A DNA stretch of 44,920 nucleotides from an uncultured Bacilli bacterium (GCA_944329395.1 CALVIF010000001.1:1-44920); one strand, 5' to 3'. Counted from the first letter of the stretch, positions 17,586-27,902 are shown. The notes: a model not told the origin generated them from the letters alone. Numbers and translations: made by a program.

Positions 17586-19961
17586 TTACTTATCACGTAC
17601 AGAAACATTTAACGTTGTTGTAACTTTTTCAATAATATCATTAAATATTTTCATTACTTCATCATCAGTTAATGTTCTTTCAGTATTCATAAATAACAAA
17701 TTATAAGCAAGAGATTTCATATTATTTTCAATATGTTCTCCTTCATATAAATCAAACACATCAATACTATGAAGCATACGACCACCAACTTTTTTAATAA
17801 CCATCTCAATTTCTGAAGATGGCATTTCCTTAGGAACAATAAATGCCACATCTTTTGTAATAGTTGGATATTTAGATGCCTCCTTATATTTTAATGGTTT
17901 TACTTTTTGCATTAGTGATTGTAAAGATATTTCACATACATATATTTCATCTTTAGAAATACTTGGATGAATTTGTCCTAAAATACCAATAGGCTTCCTA
18001 TCAAGTAACACCTGACATGATTTTAAAGGATGCATATCTGCTAAATCACTCTTTACAAAACTATACCTATTTTGGAAACCAAAATAACAAAGAATATCCT
18101 CAACAAAACCTTTCATTAAATAAAAATCAACTTTTTTATAACCTTGCCAGCAATTTCCAAGATAATTACCTTGCATTAAAAAAGCTATTTTACTATCCTC
18201 TTCATAACTTTTATTATATGTTTTTGCAATCTCATAAATAGATATGTCTTCTACTTTACGAGCTTTATTATATTGATATACTTGAAGTAGTGATGGAATT
18301 AAAGTAGTTCTAACAACACTCTTATCAATACTCATAGGATTAGGTAAAACTACTTTCTCTTTATTTTCATAATCAAATAATTTAGCCATTTCTGGAGAAA
18401 CTAAAGTATAAGTTTTAACCTCATTAAATCCCAAACTACGTAATCTTTTAGAAACTTCTTTACGATATTTAATATCACCTACATATTTTCCTCTTCTAAT
18501 ACCAATCTTTGGTAAAGTAGAAACTAAATTTTGATATCCATAAAGTCTAACGATTTCCTCAGCTATATCATTAACATTAGGATCAATATCAAGTCTTCTA
18601 TTAGGAATAATTACTCTAAATTTTCTATCTTCTATAGTATATGAAAAATCAAGTCTTTCAAGCTCCTTTTTCATATCTTCCTCTGTAATTTTAATACCTA
18701 ACATTTTATCAACTTCTTCAGGATAAAATTCAACTATCTTTTCTTCTTTTAAAATATTATCATAACTAACCATTCCTGAAACAACTGTTGCATCAGCATA
18801 TTTTTCAAGCAAATGGCAAGCACGATTTATTGCCATCAAAGTATACTCATAATTTAATCCCTTACCATAACGAATACTAGCCTCACTTCTAAGATTTAAA
18901 TTATTAGCTGTATAACGAATACTAACCGCATCAAATATAGCACTTTCAATTAAAATATTTACAGTTTTTTCAGTAACTTCAGTACTTTCTCCACCCATAA
19001 CACCAGCAATACATACAGGTTTTTCAAAATCGGTAATAACTATATCATTACAAGATAAAGTTCTTTCTTTACCATCTAAAGTCGTAATTTTTTCAGATTC
19101 AAAAGCATCTCTAACTAATACCTTATCACCTAAGCTATCCTTATCAAAGAAATGTAGTGGCTGACCAAACTCTAACATTACATAATTAGAAATATCAACT
19201 ACATTATTAATTGGTCTCATACCAACAGCAAGAAGTCTTCTCTTTATAAAATCTGGCGATTCTTTAATTGTTACATTTTTAACCATTTTAGCCAAATAAT
19301 ATGGACATTTATCAGTTTTTACTTCTAACTTAAAACAATCAGAAATATTATCACTATTATCCTCAGTATAAGAACAATCTGGCAATTTAACTTTTCTATT
19401 TAAAATTGCAGCTATCTCATATGCAAATCCAATATGATAATAACAATCGTTATTACGATGTTTATGAATATCAAGTTCATACAAAGTAGATTCAAGTCCT
19501 AAATAAACAAGTGGATCTTTTCCAATAGGTGCATTATCACTTAACTCTTCAATTCCTCGATTATATGCTTCATCTGTTTTCTCCTCTAATCCAAGCTCAT
19601 ATAAAGCACAAATCATACCATTAGATTCAACACCACGAATTTTACTAGCCTTAATTTGAAAATTACCTGGCAAAATTGCACCTGGTAAAGCCACAATTAC
19701 TTTTAATCCTTCACGAACATTAGGCGCACCACATACTATCTGTTGCAACTCGCAAGAACCAATATCTACTTGACATAGATGTAAATGATCACTATCAGGA
19801 TGATCAATACAACTAATAACTTTACCGATTACTAAATTATCAATATGATTAGTAATTACTTTTTCTATATTAATTCCAGCTTCCGTAATTTTAACAGCTA
19901 ATTCTTCTAAATCTTGATCACTAATATCAATATAATCTTTTACCCATTCTAAACTAATCAT
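17586..19961 (-). CDS. pheT: phenylalanine--tRNA ligase beta subunit
   Basis: MISLEWVKDYIDI.. is the canonical PheT N-terminus. ATG 19961 overlaps the pheS stop by 8 nt. The ORF-track extension to 20033 is rejected. Confidence 0.95.
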   Translation of the reverse strand: MISLEWVKDYIDISDQDLEELAVKITEAGINIEKVITNHIDNLVIGKVISCIDHPDSDHLHLCQVDIGSCELQQIVCGAPNVREGLKVIVALPGAILPGNFQIKASKIRGVESNGMICALYELGLEEKTDEAYNRGIEELSDNAPIGKDPLVYLGLESTLYELDIHKHRNNDCYYHIGFAYEIAAILNRKVKLPDCSYTEDNSDNISDCFKLEVKTDKCPYYLAKMVKNVTIKESPDFIKRRLLAVGMRPINNVVDISNYVMLEFGQPLHFFDKDSLGDKVLVRDAFESEKITTLDGKERTLSCNDIVITDFEKPVCIAGVMGGESTEVTEKTVNILIESAIFDAVSIRYTANNLNLRSEASIRYGKGLNYEYTLMAINRACHLLEKYADATVVSGMVSYDNILKEEKIVEFYPEEVDKMLGIKITEEDMKKELERLDFSYTIEDRKFRVIIPNRRLDIDPNVNDIAEEIVRLYGYQNLVSTLPKIGIRRGKYVGDIKYRKEVSKRLRSLGFNEVKTYTLVSPEMAKLFDYENKEKVVLPNPMSIDKSVVRTTLIPSLLQVYQYNKARKVEDISIYEIAKTYNKSYEEDSKIAFLMQGNYLGNCWQGYKKVDFYLMKGFVEDILCYFGFQNRYSFVKSDLADMHPLKSCQVLLDRKPIGILGQIHPSISKDEIYVCEISLQSLMQKVKPLKYKEASKYPTITKDVAFIVPKEMPSSEIEMVIKKVGGRMLHSIDVFDLYEGEHIENNMKSLAYNLLFMNTERTLTDDEVMKIFNDIIEKVTTTLNVSVRDK

Positions 19962-21003
19962 TACTTTCAAACTCCTTTCTATCAAAAATCTTAACCTCAC
20001 GTAAATCTGTATTATAAAATACACGCAAATCATTTATATCATATTTTAGCATTGCCATACGTTCTGCACCAAAACCGAAAGCAAAACCACTCCAAATATC
20101 AGGATCATATCCGCTCATGCGAAGTACATTAGGATGTACAATACCAGCACCAGCAACAGTAATCCAACCAGTATTTTTACATATATTACATCCTTTGCCT
20201 CTACAATTAAAGCAACTAATATCAACTTCTACAGATGGCTCTGTAAATTGATAATAGCTAGGTCGAAAACGTGTTTCAATATCTTTACCAAATAACTTTT
20301 TTATAACAACATCAATTGTCCCCTTTAAATCAGATAAAGAAATATCCTTATCAACAAGCAATCCCTCAATCTGCATAAATTGATGTGAATGTGTCGCATC
20401 ATCATCATCACGACGATATGTTTTACCAGGACAAATAACTCTAATAGGAACCTCACCCTTACCTTTTAACATCGTACGAACTTGTACAGGAGAAGTTTGA
20501 CTACGAAGCAATATTTCCTCACTTTCAAGATAAAAAGTATCTTGTGCATCACGAGCCGGATGACCCTTAGGAATATTTAACATTTCAAAATTATATTTAT
20601 CCTCTTCAATTTCTGGCCCATCAACAACATCATAACCCATTGACATAAATACATCTTCTACTTCTTCAATTAATTTTTCCAAAATATTAGGACTACCAAT
20701 AGGTATTCTTGAACTTGGTAAACTGATATCTATTGCTTCGCTTGCAAGTTTAGAATTTAATTCAGCTTCTTCTAATTTATTTTTCAAATTATCATAGTTT
20801 TCTTGAAATAATAAACGAATTGAATTTACTTGTTGACCAAAATTCTTTTTTTCTTCATTAGGAATATTTTTAATTTCGCTATTTAATTCTGTAATAAGTC
20901 CCTTCTTACCTAAATACTTTATTCTTAATTCATTTAAATCTTTCAAATTATGAATATTTTTTAAATCTTCTTCCAAAAGCTTTCTAATTTCATCAATTTT
21001 CAT
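19954..21003 (-). CDS. pheS: phenylalanine--tRNA ligase alpha subunit
   Basis: Contains ..GHPARDAQDTFY.., ..CPGKTYRRD.., ..GFAFGFGAERMAML... Confidence 0.97.
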   Translation of the reverse strand: MKIDEIRKLLEEDLKNIHNLKDLNELRIKYLGKKGLITELNSEIKNIPNEEKKNFGQQVNSIRLLFQENYDNLKNKLEEAELNSKLASEAIDISLPSSRIPIGSPNILEKLIEEVEDVFMSMGYDVVDGPEIEEDKYNFEMLNIPKGHPARDAQDTFYLESEEILLRSQTSPVQVRTMLKGKGEVPIRVICPGKTYRRDDDDATHSHQFMQIEGLLVDKDISLSDLKGTIDVVIKKLFGKDIETRFRPSYYQFTEPSVEVDISCFNCRGKGCNICKNTGWITVAGAGIVHPNVLRMSGYDPDIWSGFAFGFGAERMAMLKYDINDLRVFYNTDLREVKIFDRKEFESND

Positions 21004-21396
21004 TTAAACATCTCCTTTACTTTACTTAAATGGCTTAATTTCATTGCCAAAACATATTTAATCTAGACTATAGTAATAATAAATTTTCTAGGACATAAAC
21101 ATTTTAAATTAAATTATCATAAATTTAACTTAAAAATAATTACCTAAAAAAAATGACTATAAATGTAAGGACGAAAAAACGCGGTACCACCTTACTTTAT
21201 AGTCATTTACTATACACTCTATTCTTTTAACGCAAGAAATACGCTTACTATTAATAAGAACTCCTAGGACGAATTCATAAACACACAACTCTTGTTTTCA
21301 CCAACCACAAGATCTCTATAAGAAGTTTTGTTTATTACTACTTCCTAATCAACATCGATATATCAAAGATTATAACATAAAATTATAAATTTGTAA
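21004..21396 (-). promoter_or_regulatory. Phe T-box leader with promoter and terminator
   Basis: On the minus strand: TTACAA (21391-21396)-16-TATAAT (21369-21374), then Stem I AGAGA and UGGUGAAAAC elements. GAAUUC at 21271-21276 gives specifier UUC. The T-box core GGUGGUACCGCG is at 21180-21191. Terminator arms are 21151-21170 / 21190-21208 plus a U-run. Confidence 0.9.
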
Positions 21397-21417
21397 CAGT
21401 AAATTTAATTTATTTAT

Positions 21418-21440
21418 AAAAAAACTTACTATACAGTAAG
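21418..21440 (-). terminator. terminator overlapping the frr stop codon
   Basis: CTTAC-TGTATA-GTAAG followed by T7 on the minus strand. Confidence 0.6.
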
Positions 21441-21977
21441 TAATTCTTGTTCTTTATCTTTCAATTTTAGTTCAACTTTCTTATTATATTCATTAACAAT
21501 ATCTTGAATCTGCTTTTCTAAACCTTTTTGTTCATCTTCAGAAAGCTCTAATTTCTCCAACTCTTCCAAAGCTTCACGACGCTTATTTCTAATTGCTACC
21601 TTCGCATCTTCAGCTAATGCTTTTACCTGCTTTACAAGTTCCCTTCTTCTTTCTTCTGTTAATTCAGGAATGATAATTCTAATTGTTTCGCCATCATTAC
21701 CAGGATTATAGCCCAAATTAGAAGCTAAAATTGCTTTTTCAATACCTTTTAAACAACTTTTATCAAAAGGTTTAATTAATAATTGTCTAGCTTCAGGTAC
21801 TGAAATAGTTGCTAATTGTTTTAAAGGTGTCATACTACCATAGTACTCAACCATAATACCATCTAAACTAGAAGGATTAGCTCTCCCAGCTCTAACAGTT
21901 GTAAACCGTTTTTCCAAAGATTCAATAGCCTTATCCAAATTATCACTAAAACCTAAAATAATCATTTCACTATCCAT
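21429..21977 (-). CDS. frr: ribosome recycling factor
   Basis: Contains ..TVRAGRANPSSLD.., ..IPELTEERRRELVK... Confidence 0.95.
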   Translation of the reverse strand: MDSEMIILGFSDNLDKAIESLEKRFTTVRAGRANPSSLDGIMVEYYGSMTPLKQLATISVPEARQLLIKPFDKSCLKGIEKAILASNLGYNPGNDGETIRIIIPELTEERRRELVKQVKALAEDAKVAIRNKRREALEELEKLELSEDEQKGLEKQIQDIVNEYNKKVELKLKDKEQELLTV

Positions 21978-22073
21978 TAATTCATCGCTCCTTAAAAATA
22001 TTATATTATAAATAATAAAGAAAGAAAAGAAAAATTAATAATTTTAAAGGCACTTATTAAATAATAATAACTT

Positions 22074-22619
22074 TTACTCTCTAATAAACTTTTCAATTAA
22101 TAATAAACAATTTTCACTATAATCATTTTTAAATTTTTCTAAATCATCTTCATCATCAATATCATACATTTTTAATGCATCATCATTATAACCAACTATT
22201 TTTCCATTCTTTACAAAATATATTGAAGGAACGGCCAAATAACCATCACCATTGTCATCAATAGTTAAATTATCACCAAGCAAATTAATTAGTTGATTAT
22301 AAGAATCTTCTTCATTATTCTTAATTGAAACAGGATTATAATAATAAACTTTGCTAATATTTTTTTCCTCAACTAAATCACTAAAAATTTTAACCAAATC
22401 AGACAAATAATCTTGATCGGAATTTCCAAAAAAAACAATCCCTGTACCACTTTCAAACAACTCAAGTACTTCATCAATTGACGCATAAGTAAAAACATTA
22501 TCTTTACTTATAGCATATTCAGATGCAAAAATTTCTGCATCTGTTACTTCATCAGTTTTTTTAACAGAACAACCAGAAATAAAAAACATAATAATAAACA
22601 AGATTACAACTTTTTTCAT
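22074..22619 (-). CDS. lipoprotein with thioredoxin-like fold lacking CxxC
   Basis: Lipobox FISGC at residues 13-17. ..GIVFFGNSDQDY.. stands where Trx-fold proteins carry WCxxC. ..VPSIYFVKNGKIVG.. is a Trx-like beta-strand pattern. Confidence 0.5.
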   Translation of the reverse strand: MKKVVILFIIMFFISGCSVKKTDEVTDAEIFASEYAISKDNVFTYASIDEVLELFESGTGIVFFGNSDQDYLSDLVKIFSDLVEEKNISKVYYYNPVSIKNNEEDSYNQLINLLGDNLTIDDNGDGYLAVPSIYFVKNGKIVGYNDDALKMYDIDDEDDLEKFKNDYSENCLLLIEKFIRE

Positions 22620-22699
22620 AAAATCCTCTACTCAAAATATAATATTTTATATATTTTTCCACCTATAAAATTTAATTAATAATTCTAACAAAATAAAAT

Positions 22700-24115
22700 T
22701 TAATTCTCAGTAACAGTTTGCTTTTTTGCAGATGATTTTTCTGCCGCAGCTGCTCTTTCTGCTATTATTCTAGCTTTTTCAGTAACAATCGCGTTTCGTG
22801 CTGCATCTATTTCAGCAGGAAATGAGTCAAGTGCACTAACAGCGGCTGAAACAGTACCATTAAAATCATCAACAATTTTACCCAAATTTACTCCCCCAAT
22901 TTGGAAAAGATTTAATTCATCAGCAGTAAAATTTAATTTTGTATTTTCCATAGAACAATTTTTGCTTATAAGATCAGCAGTATAATTGGGATTACTTAAA
23001 TATCCAACTTGCGTTTCAAAATCCTCTCGTGCACCTAAATCAAATTTAATTAAACCATCATTAGCAAGATCAACAAATTTCTTATAATCAAAAGTATAGC
23101 CATCCTCACTTGGTAAAATATTATTAACCAAAAAATCAATATTACTATAATTAGATTCTGAAACAGTAGTATTAGTAGATAAATAATCACCATAATAATC
23201 AGTTGATGAAGATGGTACAATACCATTACCATATGCAAATTTTTCATAATCACCATATACAGTAGCATCAACATCAGACCTTAATTTAAAATATTCATCT
23301 CCAGCTTCCTGAGTAATTTCACCATCTTCAACAGCTTTAGAAATAGCACTATCTAAATCTTTCAAATACTGCTGATATTCTTCAGGAGAATTTAATCCTC
23401 GATGATTTCCACCAACGGATACATTTTTAGGATCTGACCAATCATGATATTTATTGATTATATCTTCAACCGCTGAAATAGGTTTATCACTTGTAATTGT
23501 TATAGGAGATTTACTACCAGGAGGAGTAAAATCATATGTATAAGTCTTCTTATCACTACCAAAATACATCGCATCAGATCTAGAAACACCAATCATACTT
23601 CCTTTTTGCAAGTTTCTTATTTGCTCTAAACTATCAGATTCAGAACTACTAACTGGAAATGAATAAAGAATATCTCCTTCGGGAGTACAAATATCATATG
23701 TATAATTAGAATTACCATTTAAATCATTATGAAACCCATCAGCAATTACAAAATCTTTTGTAAAAGTAGATAATTCATTTTGATTAAGAGGTACACCATT
23801 TTGAATTTTTTCAACAAGAGAATCAGCCACAGAATTAGTAGCTGTTGAATATGATTTTGGTCCTTGAACAAACTCAGGAGTTGTAGGAACTGGATTACTA
23901 GCTTGAATCGACTCAACTGTACCGTTACCTAAAACCACTTTAACAGAAGAATCATATCCTTCATTCAAAGTATTAAATTGTGATACAAACTTTTTAGCAT
24001 CATCGTAAGACATTGAGTTTACATAATCGACAAACTTTTGAAATTCCTCAGGTGAAGATTCAATTGTGCCAAAATTATAAATTCCAGAATTTAAAAATTG
24101 ATCAAAATTATCCAT
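22700..24115 (-). CDS. hypothetical 471-aa Asn/Ser/Asp/Tyr-rich protein, no signal peptide
   Basis: Long ORF, compositionally biased, with an Ala-rich helical C-terminus. No family recognised. Confidence 0.6.
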   Translation of the reverse strand: MDNFDQFLNSGIYNFGTIESSPEEFQKFVDYVNSMSYDDAKKFVSQFNTLNEGYDSSVKVVLGNGTVESIQASNPVPTTPEFVQGPKSYSTATNSVADSLVEKIQNGVPLNQNELSTFTKDFVIADGFHNDLNGNSNYTYDICTPEGDILYSFPVSSSESDSLEQIRNLQKGSMIGVSRSDAMYFGSDKKTYTYDFTPPGSKSPITITSDKPISAVEDIINKYHDWSDPKNVSVGGNHRGLNSPEEYQQYLKDLDSAISKAVEDGEITQEAGDEYFKLRSDVDATVYGDYEKFAYGNGIVPSSSTDYYGDYLSTNTTVSESNYSNIDFLVNNILPSEDGYTFDYKKFVDLANDGLIKFDLGAREDFETQVGYLSNPNYTADLISKNCSMENTKLNFTADELNLFQIGGVNLGKIVDDFNGTVSAAVSALDSFPAEIDAARNAIVTEKARIIAERAAAAEKSSAKKQTVTEN

Positions 24116-24182
24116 AAAAAACTTCTCCTTATTAATAATAATGTTTTTATAAAAGTTATATATTCAAAATTTAACTATATAA

Positions 24183-25157
24183 TTAAATTTTTAAAATTTC
24201 ATCTTTTAACTTTAAAGAATTAAATTTTTCATTTTCAGCTTTTTCTTCAACTGTTTCATCACCATTATCAAATATATCATCCGAAAGATCATCTAATTCA
24301 GAATCATCATCCAACAATTCCTCTTCTTCTAATGAATTATCCTTTTTAGAATCATAGTAAACCTTACCACCTAAAGCTGCAGCTGCTGATACGCTTAAAC
24401 CGATAGCTCCAACAACTCCAGCACTTTTAGTTGAATCAAGTACTCCTTTAGTAGATGAAGAACTAGTCATTGAAGGAAATATAGCAGAAGAAAATGAGGA
24501 AGCACTATCAACAATATTAGAATCCACAATTTCATCAGAAAGATTATCTGAATCAAGCTCAGGAATTAAAGAACTTTCTGTTGTACCAAAAACTGTACCA
24601 TTACTTCCCAAAGAAGAAACAATATTTTCAGGCAAAACAATATTTTCATCATCAACATTAAAAGACTGATTACTATCATCTTTTCCAGTTATTGTAACGT
24701 TTTCTTCATTAGGTGTCATTTCTAATTTATTATCACCATTACTATTTACTACTCCTGAACTATTAGAATTTCCACCGCCAGATCCACCACTAGATCCACC
24801 ACTAGGTGAAGATGAAGGATTAGTGCCCCCCAAAATATCATTAATTGCATTTTTATAATTTTGATTATCCCAAACACCATCACTATAATCACTAATAGCA
24901 CCTTTTACAGTCTCCAACTTACCACCAGAACCTGTAATACTATCAACTGCATCACAAATAGACTGTAAAGCGCTACTTACCTCACCTTCTTCAGGGCCAG
25001 AATAACTAACCGCAGGATCCTGTGCAGCATAACTAATAAGTTCAGAAATTTGATTTTTTAATATCTCAGCAACATCAGTATAAGTTGAAGAATAATTAGT
25101 AAATTTTGATACAACACTAGAATATGAACTATCATTCCAAATCATATTATCATACAT
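24183..25157 (-). CDS. hypothetical 324-aa protein: helical N-domain, Ser/Gly linker, one TM, acidic tail
   Basis: Contains ..SSPSGGSSGGSGGGNSNSS.., the TM segment AGVVGAIGLSVSAAAALGG, and the tail ..EEEELLDDDSELDDLSDD... No signal peptide. Confidence 0.6.
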   Translation of the reverse strand: MYDNMIWNDSSYSSVVSKFTNYSSTYTDVAEILKNQISELISYAAQDPAVSYSGPEEGEVSSALQSICDAVDSITGSGGKLETVKGAISDYSDGVWDNQNYKNAINDILGGTNPSSSPSGGSSGGSGGGNSNSSGVVNSNGDNKLEMTPNEENVTITGKDDSNQSFNVDDENIVLPENIVSSLGSNGTVFGTTESSLIPELDSDNLSDEIVDSNIVDSASSFSSAIFPSMTSSSSTKGVLDSTKSAGVVGAIGLSVSAAAALGGKVYYDSKKDNSLEEEELLDDDSELDDLSDDIFDNGDETVEEKAENEKFNSLKLKDEILKI

Positions 25158-25296
25158 AAAAAATCACCTCGGCAAATACTAAATAAAGTATAACATAAAA
25201 AAATTACAAAATAAACAATTAAAACAAAATGCAATAAAACAATACACTATCAAAACAAGAAATTTTCAAATATATTAATAACAAATAAAACTATTT

Positions 25297-25324
25297 TAAA
25301 AAAAATATCGAATAAATCGATATT
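25297..25324 (-). terminator. terminator after tsf
   Basis: AATATCGA / TCGATATT stem plus a T-run on the minus strand. Confidence 0.6.
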
Positions 25325-25336
25325 TTCACTATATAA

Positions 25337-26212
25337 TTATGAATTTTTAATTTGATTCATAACCTCATCGGCAAAATTATCTTGACGTTTTTCAATACCT
25401 TCTCCAACAGCAAATCTTGTCATTGAACAAATTTCTCCACCATTATTTTTAACATAGTCAAGAACAGAAAGACCAGAATCTCTTATAAATGCTTGTTCTT
25501 CTAAACATATTTCCTTATAAAATTTATTTAATCTACCAACAACCATTTTCTCAGCAATTTCCTCTGGCTTTCCTTCAGCCATAACTTGTTCCTTAATTAT
25601 ATGTGATTCTCTTTCAACGATATCCGCAGGAACTTCATTTCTTCTTAAAGCTGTTGGATTCATTGCAGCAGCTTGCATAGCAACGTCTCTAGCAACTTCA
25701 TTATTGCCACCTTTAACTACTACTACTACACCAATCTTTCCACCCATATGCTTATATGTACCAAATACTTCATCATCATTTTTAGTTATTTTTTCAAAAC
25801 GTCTTAAACTAATTTTTTCTCCAATTTTAGCAACTAAAGCAACTAATTTATCACCAATTGTTTCATCACCATCAGAAATTGCTAAAACATCTTCAACGCT
25901 TGAAACATCATTAGCTAATATTTGATCAGCCAAATAATCAACAAAATCAGTAAATTCTACATTTTTAGCAACAAAATCAGTCTCTGAATTTACTTCAAGC
26001 ATAACAACTGTATTACCATCAACTTTTATTTGACATAATCCCTCTGCTGCTACTCTACTTTCTTTCTTTGCTGCTTTTGCTATACCCTTTTCTCTTAACC
26101 AATCACAAGCTTTTTCAATATTACCCTCACAAGCTTCTAATGCTTTTTTACAATCAAGCATTCCAGCTCCAGTTTTTTCTCTTAATTCTTTTACATCTTT
26201 TGCAGTAAACAT
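25337..26212 (-). CDS. tsf: elongation factor Ts
   Basis: MFTAKDVKELREKTGAGMLDCKKAL.. is the canonical EF-Ts N-terminus. Confidence 0.97.
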   Translation of the reverse strand: MFTAKDVKELREKTGAGMLDCKKALEACEGNIEKACDWLREKGIAKAAKKESRVAAEGLCQIKVDGNTVVMLEVNSETDFVAKNVEFTDFVDYLADQILANDVSSVEDVLAISDGDETIGDKLVALVAKIGEKISLRRFEKITKNDDEVFGTYKHMGGKIGVVVVVKGGNNEVARDVAMQAAAMNPTALRRNEVPADIVERESHIIKEQVMAEGKPEEIAEKMVVGRLNKFYKEICLEEQAFIRDSGLSVLDYVKNNGGEICSMTRFAVGEGIEKRQDNFADEVMNQIKNS

Positions 26213-26268
26213 ACATTTCCTCCTTTTAATTTACAAAAATATTATATCGTATTTTCACATAATAGAAA

Positions 26269-26305
26269 ACAAAAAAAGCAAAAGGAAGGTAATTACCAAC
26301 CTTCC
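26269..26305 (-). terminator. hairpin plus T-run between rpsB and tsf (partial terminator/attenuator)
   Basis: GGAAGGT..ACCTTCC (26284-26305) followed by TTTTGCTTTTTTT on the minus strand. Confidence 0.5.
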
Positions 26306-26324
26306 CTCCTAATTTCAATAAAAC

Positions 26325-27248
26325 TTATTTAGTTAAAGCTTCTACTAATTCAGCTTTTTTCATTGTAGAATAACCCTTAATATCAGCATCTTTTGCTAAT
26401 GACTTTAATTCAGCTAATGTTAAAGACTCTAAGTTAGTAGATACTGTAGTATTATCTTCTACATTTGTTTTTTCATCTAAAGAAACATTTTCTACAACTG
26501 CATCTTTTTTTACAGCTTTTTTCTCATTTTTAGTTTTATCATCATCGCTAATAAAATCAATAATTTCATTTCCATTAACTTCAGCAATAGCATTAGTTAA
26601 AACACCTATTAATAATTTAACTGAACGAACAGCATCATCATTACCAGGAATAACATAATCTACTACATCAGGATCACAATTAGTATCTACAATACCAAAT
26701 ACAGGAATTCCTAAAATATGAGCTTCCTTAATTGCAATTTCTTCTTTACGAGGATCAACGATTACTAATGCTTGTGGCATTTTCTTCATTTCTCTTATTC
26801 CTCTTAAGTTTTTATTTAATTTATCATATTCTTTCTTTATTTGAATAACTTCTTTTTTAGGTAAAGCTTCAAAAGTACCATCACTTTCCATAGCTTCAAT
26901 TTCTTCCATTCTTCTAATTCTAGAACGAATAGTTCTAAAATTAGTTAAAGTACCACCTAACCATCTTTCATTTACAAAATACATATTTGTTCTAAGAGCA
27001 GATTCTTCTGCAGCTTCTTGAGCTTGTTTCTTTGTTCCAACAAATAAAACTTTACCACCATTTTGAGCAATTGTTTTCATTGCTTCATAAGATTCTTCGA
27101 GTTTTTTTACTGTTTTTTGTAAATCGATAATATATATATCATCTCTTGTAGTAAAGATATATTCCTTCATTTTAGGATTCCATCTTCTTTTTTGATGTCC
27201 GAATTGAACACCAGCTTCTAATAAATAATTCATTGATACAATATTCAT
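26325..27248 (-). CDS. rpsB: 30S ribosomal protein S2 with a C-terminal extension of about 70 aa ending in an HeH module
   Basis: Contains ..[19 protein letters not shown]... At 307 aa it is longer than the usual 240-260 aa. Tail: ..[32 protein letters not shown]. Confidence 0.95.
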   Translation of the reverse strand: MNIVSMNYLLEAGVQFGHQKRRWNPKMKEYIFTTRDDIYIIDLQKTVKKLEESYEAMKTIAQNGGKVLFVGTKKQAQEAAEESALRTNMYFVNERWLGGTLTNFRTIRSRIRRMEEIEAMESDGTFEALPKKEVIQIKKEYDKLNKNLRGIREMKKMPQALVIVDPRKEEIAIKEAHILGIPVFGIVDTNCDPDVVDYVIPGNDDAVRSVKLLIGVLTNAIAEVNGNEIIDFISDDDKTKNEKKAVKKDAVVENVSLDEKTNVEDNTTVSTNLESLTLAELKSLAKDADIKGYSTMKKAELVEALTK

Positions 27249-27332
27249 AAAATTCTCCTTCGTTTTTCTTCTATTAGTTTCTAATACTAATCACCATATT
27301 TTGGCACTAGATAAGTAAATCCGCTAATATGC

Positions 27333-27902
27333 TTATTTTGTTAAAGCTTCAACAATGTCAGCTTTTTTCATTCCTGTAACATCAATATTTTTTTCTGCAG
27401 CTATCTTTTTTAATTCAGCAACTGTCATTTTTGAATAATCAGGTGTTTCCTTAATTTCATTTTTTTGACTTTTACCTTCTTTAGAAGCCTTTGCATTTTT
27501 TATAGTAACTTCGCTACCAGTAACTTCTGTAGCCTTAACTATCTTTCCTGCTTTTCCATCCCTAGCAACATTAACAAATTCTGTAAACATTTTTGGATCA
27601 TTAATTGCTATTTCAGATAACATTTTACGATTAACTTCAACACCAGCCTTAGTTAAACCCTCAATAAATCTTGAATAACTAATATCATTTTGACGACATG
27701 CAGCATTAATTCTTGTAATCCATAATTTTCTAAAGTCTCTTTTCTTTTGTCTTCTATCTCTAAATGCATATTGTCCAGAATGCATTAATTGTTCCTTAGC
27801 TGTCTTATATAATCTATGTTTGCTTCCAAAGTAACCTTTAGCAGCCTTCAATACTTTTTTATGACGAGCTTTTGTTACTGCTCCATTCTTTACTCTTGCC
27901 AT
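27333..27902 (-). CDS. rplT: 50S ribosomal protein L20 with a C-terminal extension of about 70 aa ending in an HeH module
   Basis: [19 protein letters not shown].. is the L20 core. At 189 aa it is longer than the usual ~118 aa. Tail: ..[31 protein letters not shown]. Confidence 0.95.
   Translation of the reverse strand: MARVKNGAVTKARHKKVLKAAKGYFGSKHRLYKTAKEQLMHSGQYAFRDRRQKKRDFRKLWITRINAACRQNDISYSRFIEGLTKAGVEVNRKMLSEIAINDPKMFTEFVNVARDGKAGKIVKATEVTGSEVTIKNAKASKEGKSQKNEIKETPDYSKMTVAELKKIAAEKNIDVTGMKKADIVEALTK

Noticed and set aside
18017-18241. Plus-strand 74-aa ORF
   Set aside because: It is antisense to pheT.
19962-20033. 24-codon N-terminal extension of pheT in the ORF track (MICVYFIIQIYVRLRFLIERSLKV)
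   Set aside because: It lies entirely inside the pheS coding region in another frame. The canonical PheT N-terminus MISLEWVKDY starts at ATG 19961, with the usual short overlap with the pheS stop.
23050-23274. Minus-strand 74-aa ORF in another frame of the 471-aa gene
   Set aside because: It is an overlapping alternative frame with a repetitive Ile/Leu/Met translation. The long frame is the coding one.
25704-25925. Plus-strand 73-aa ORF
   Set aside because: It is antisense to tsf.
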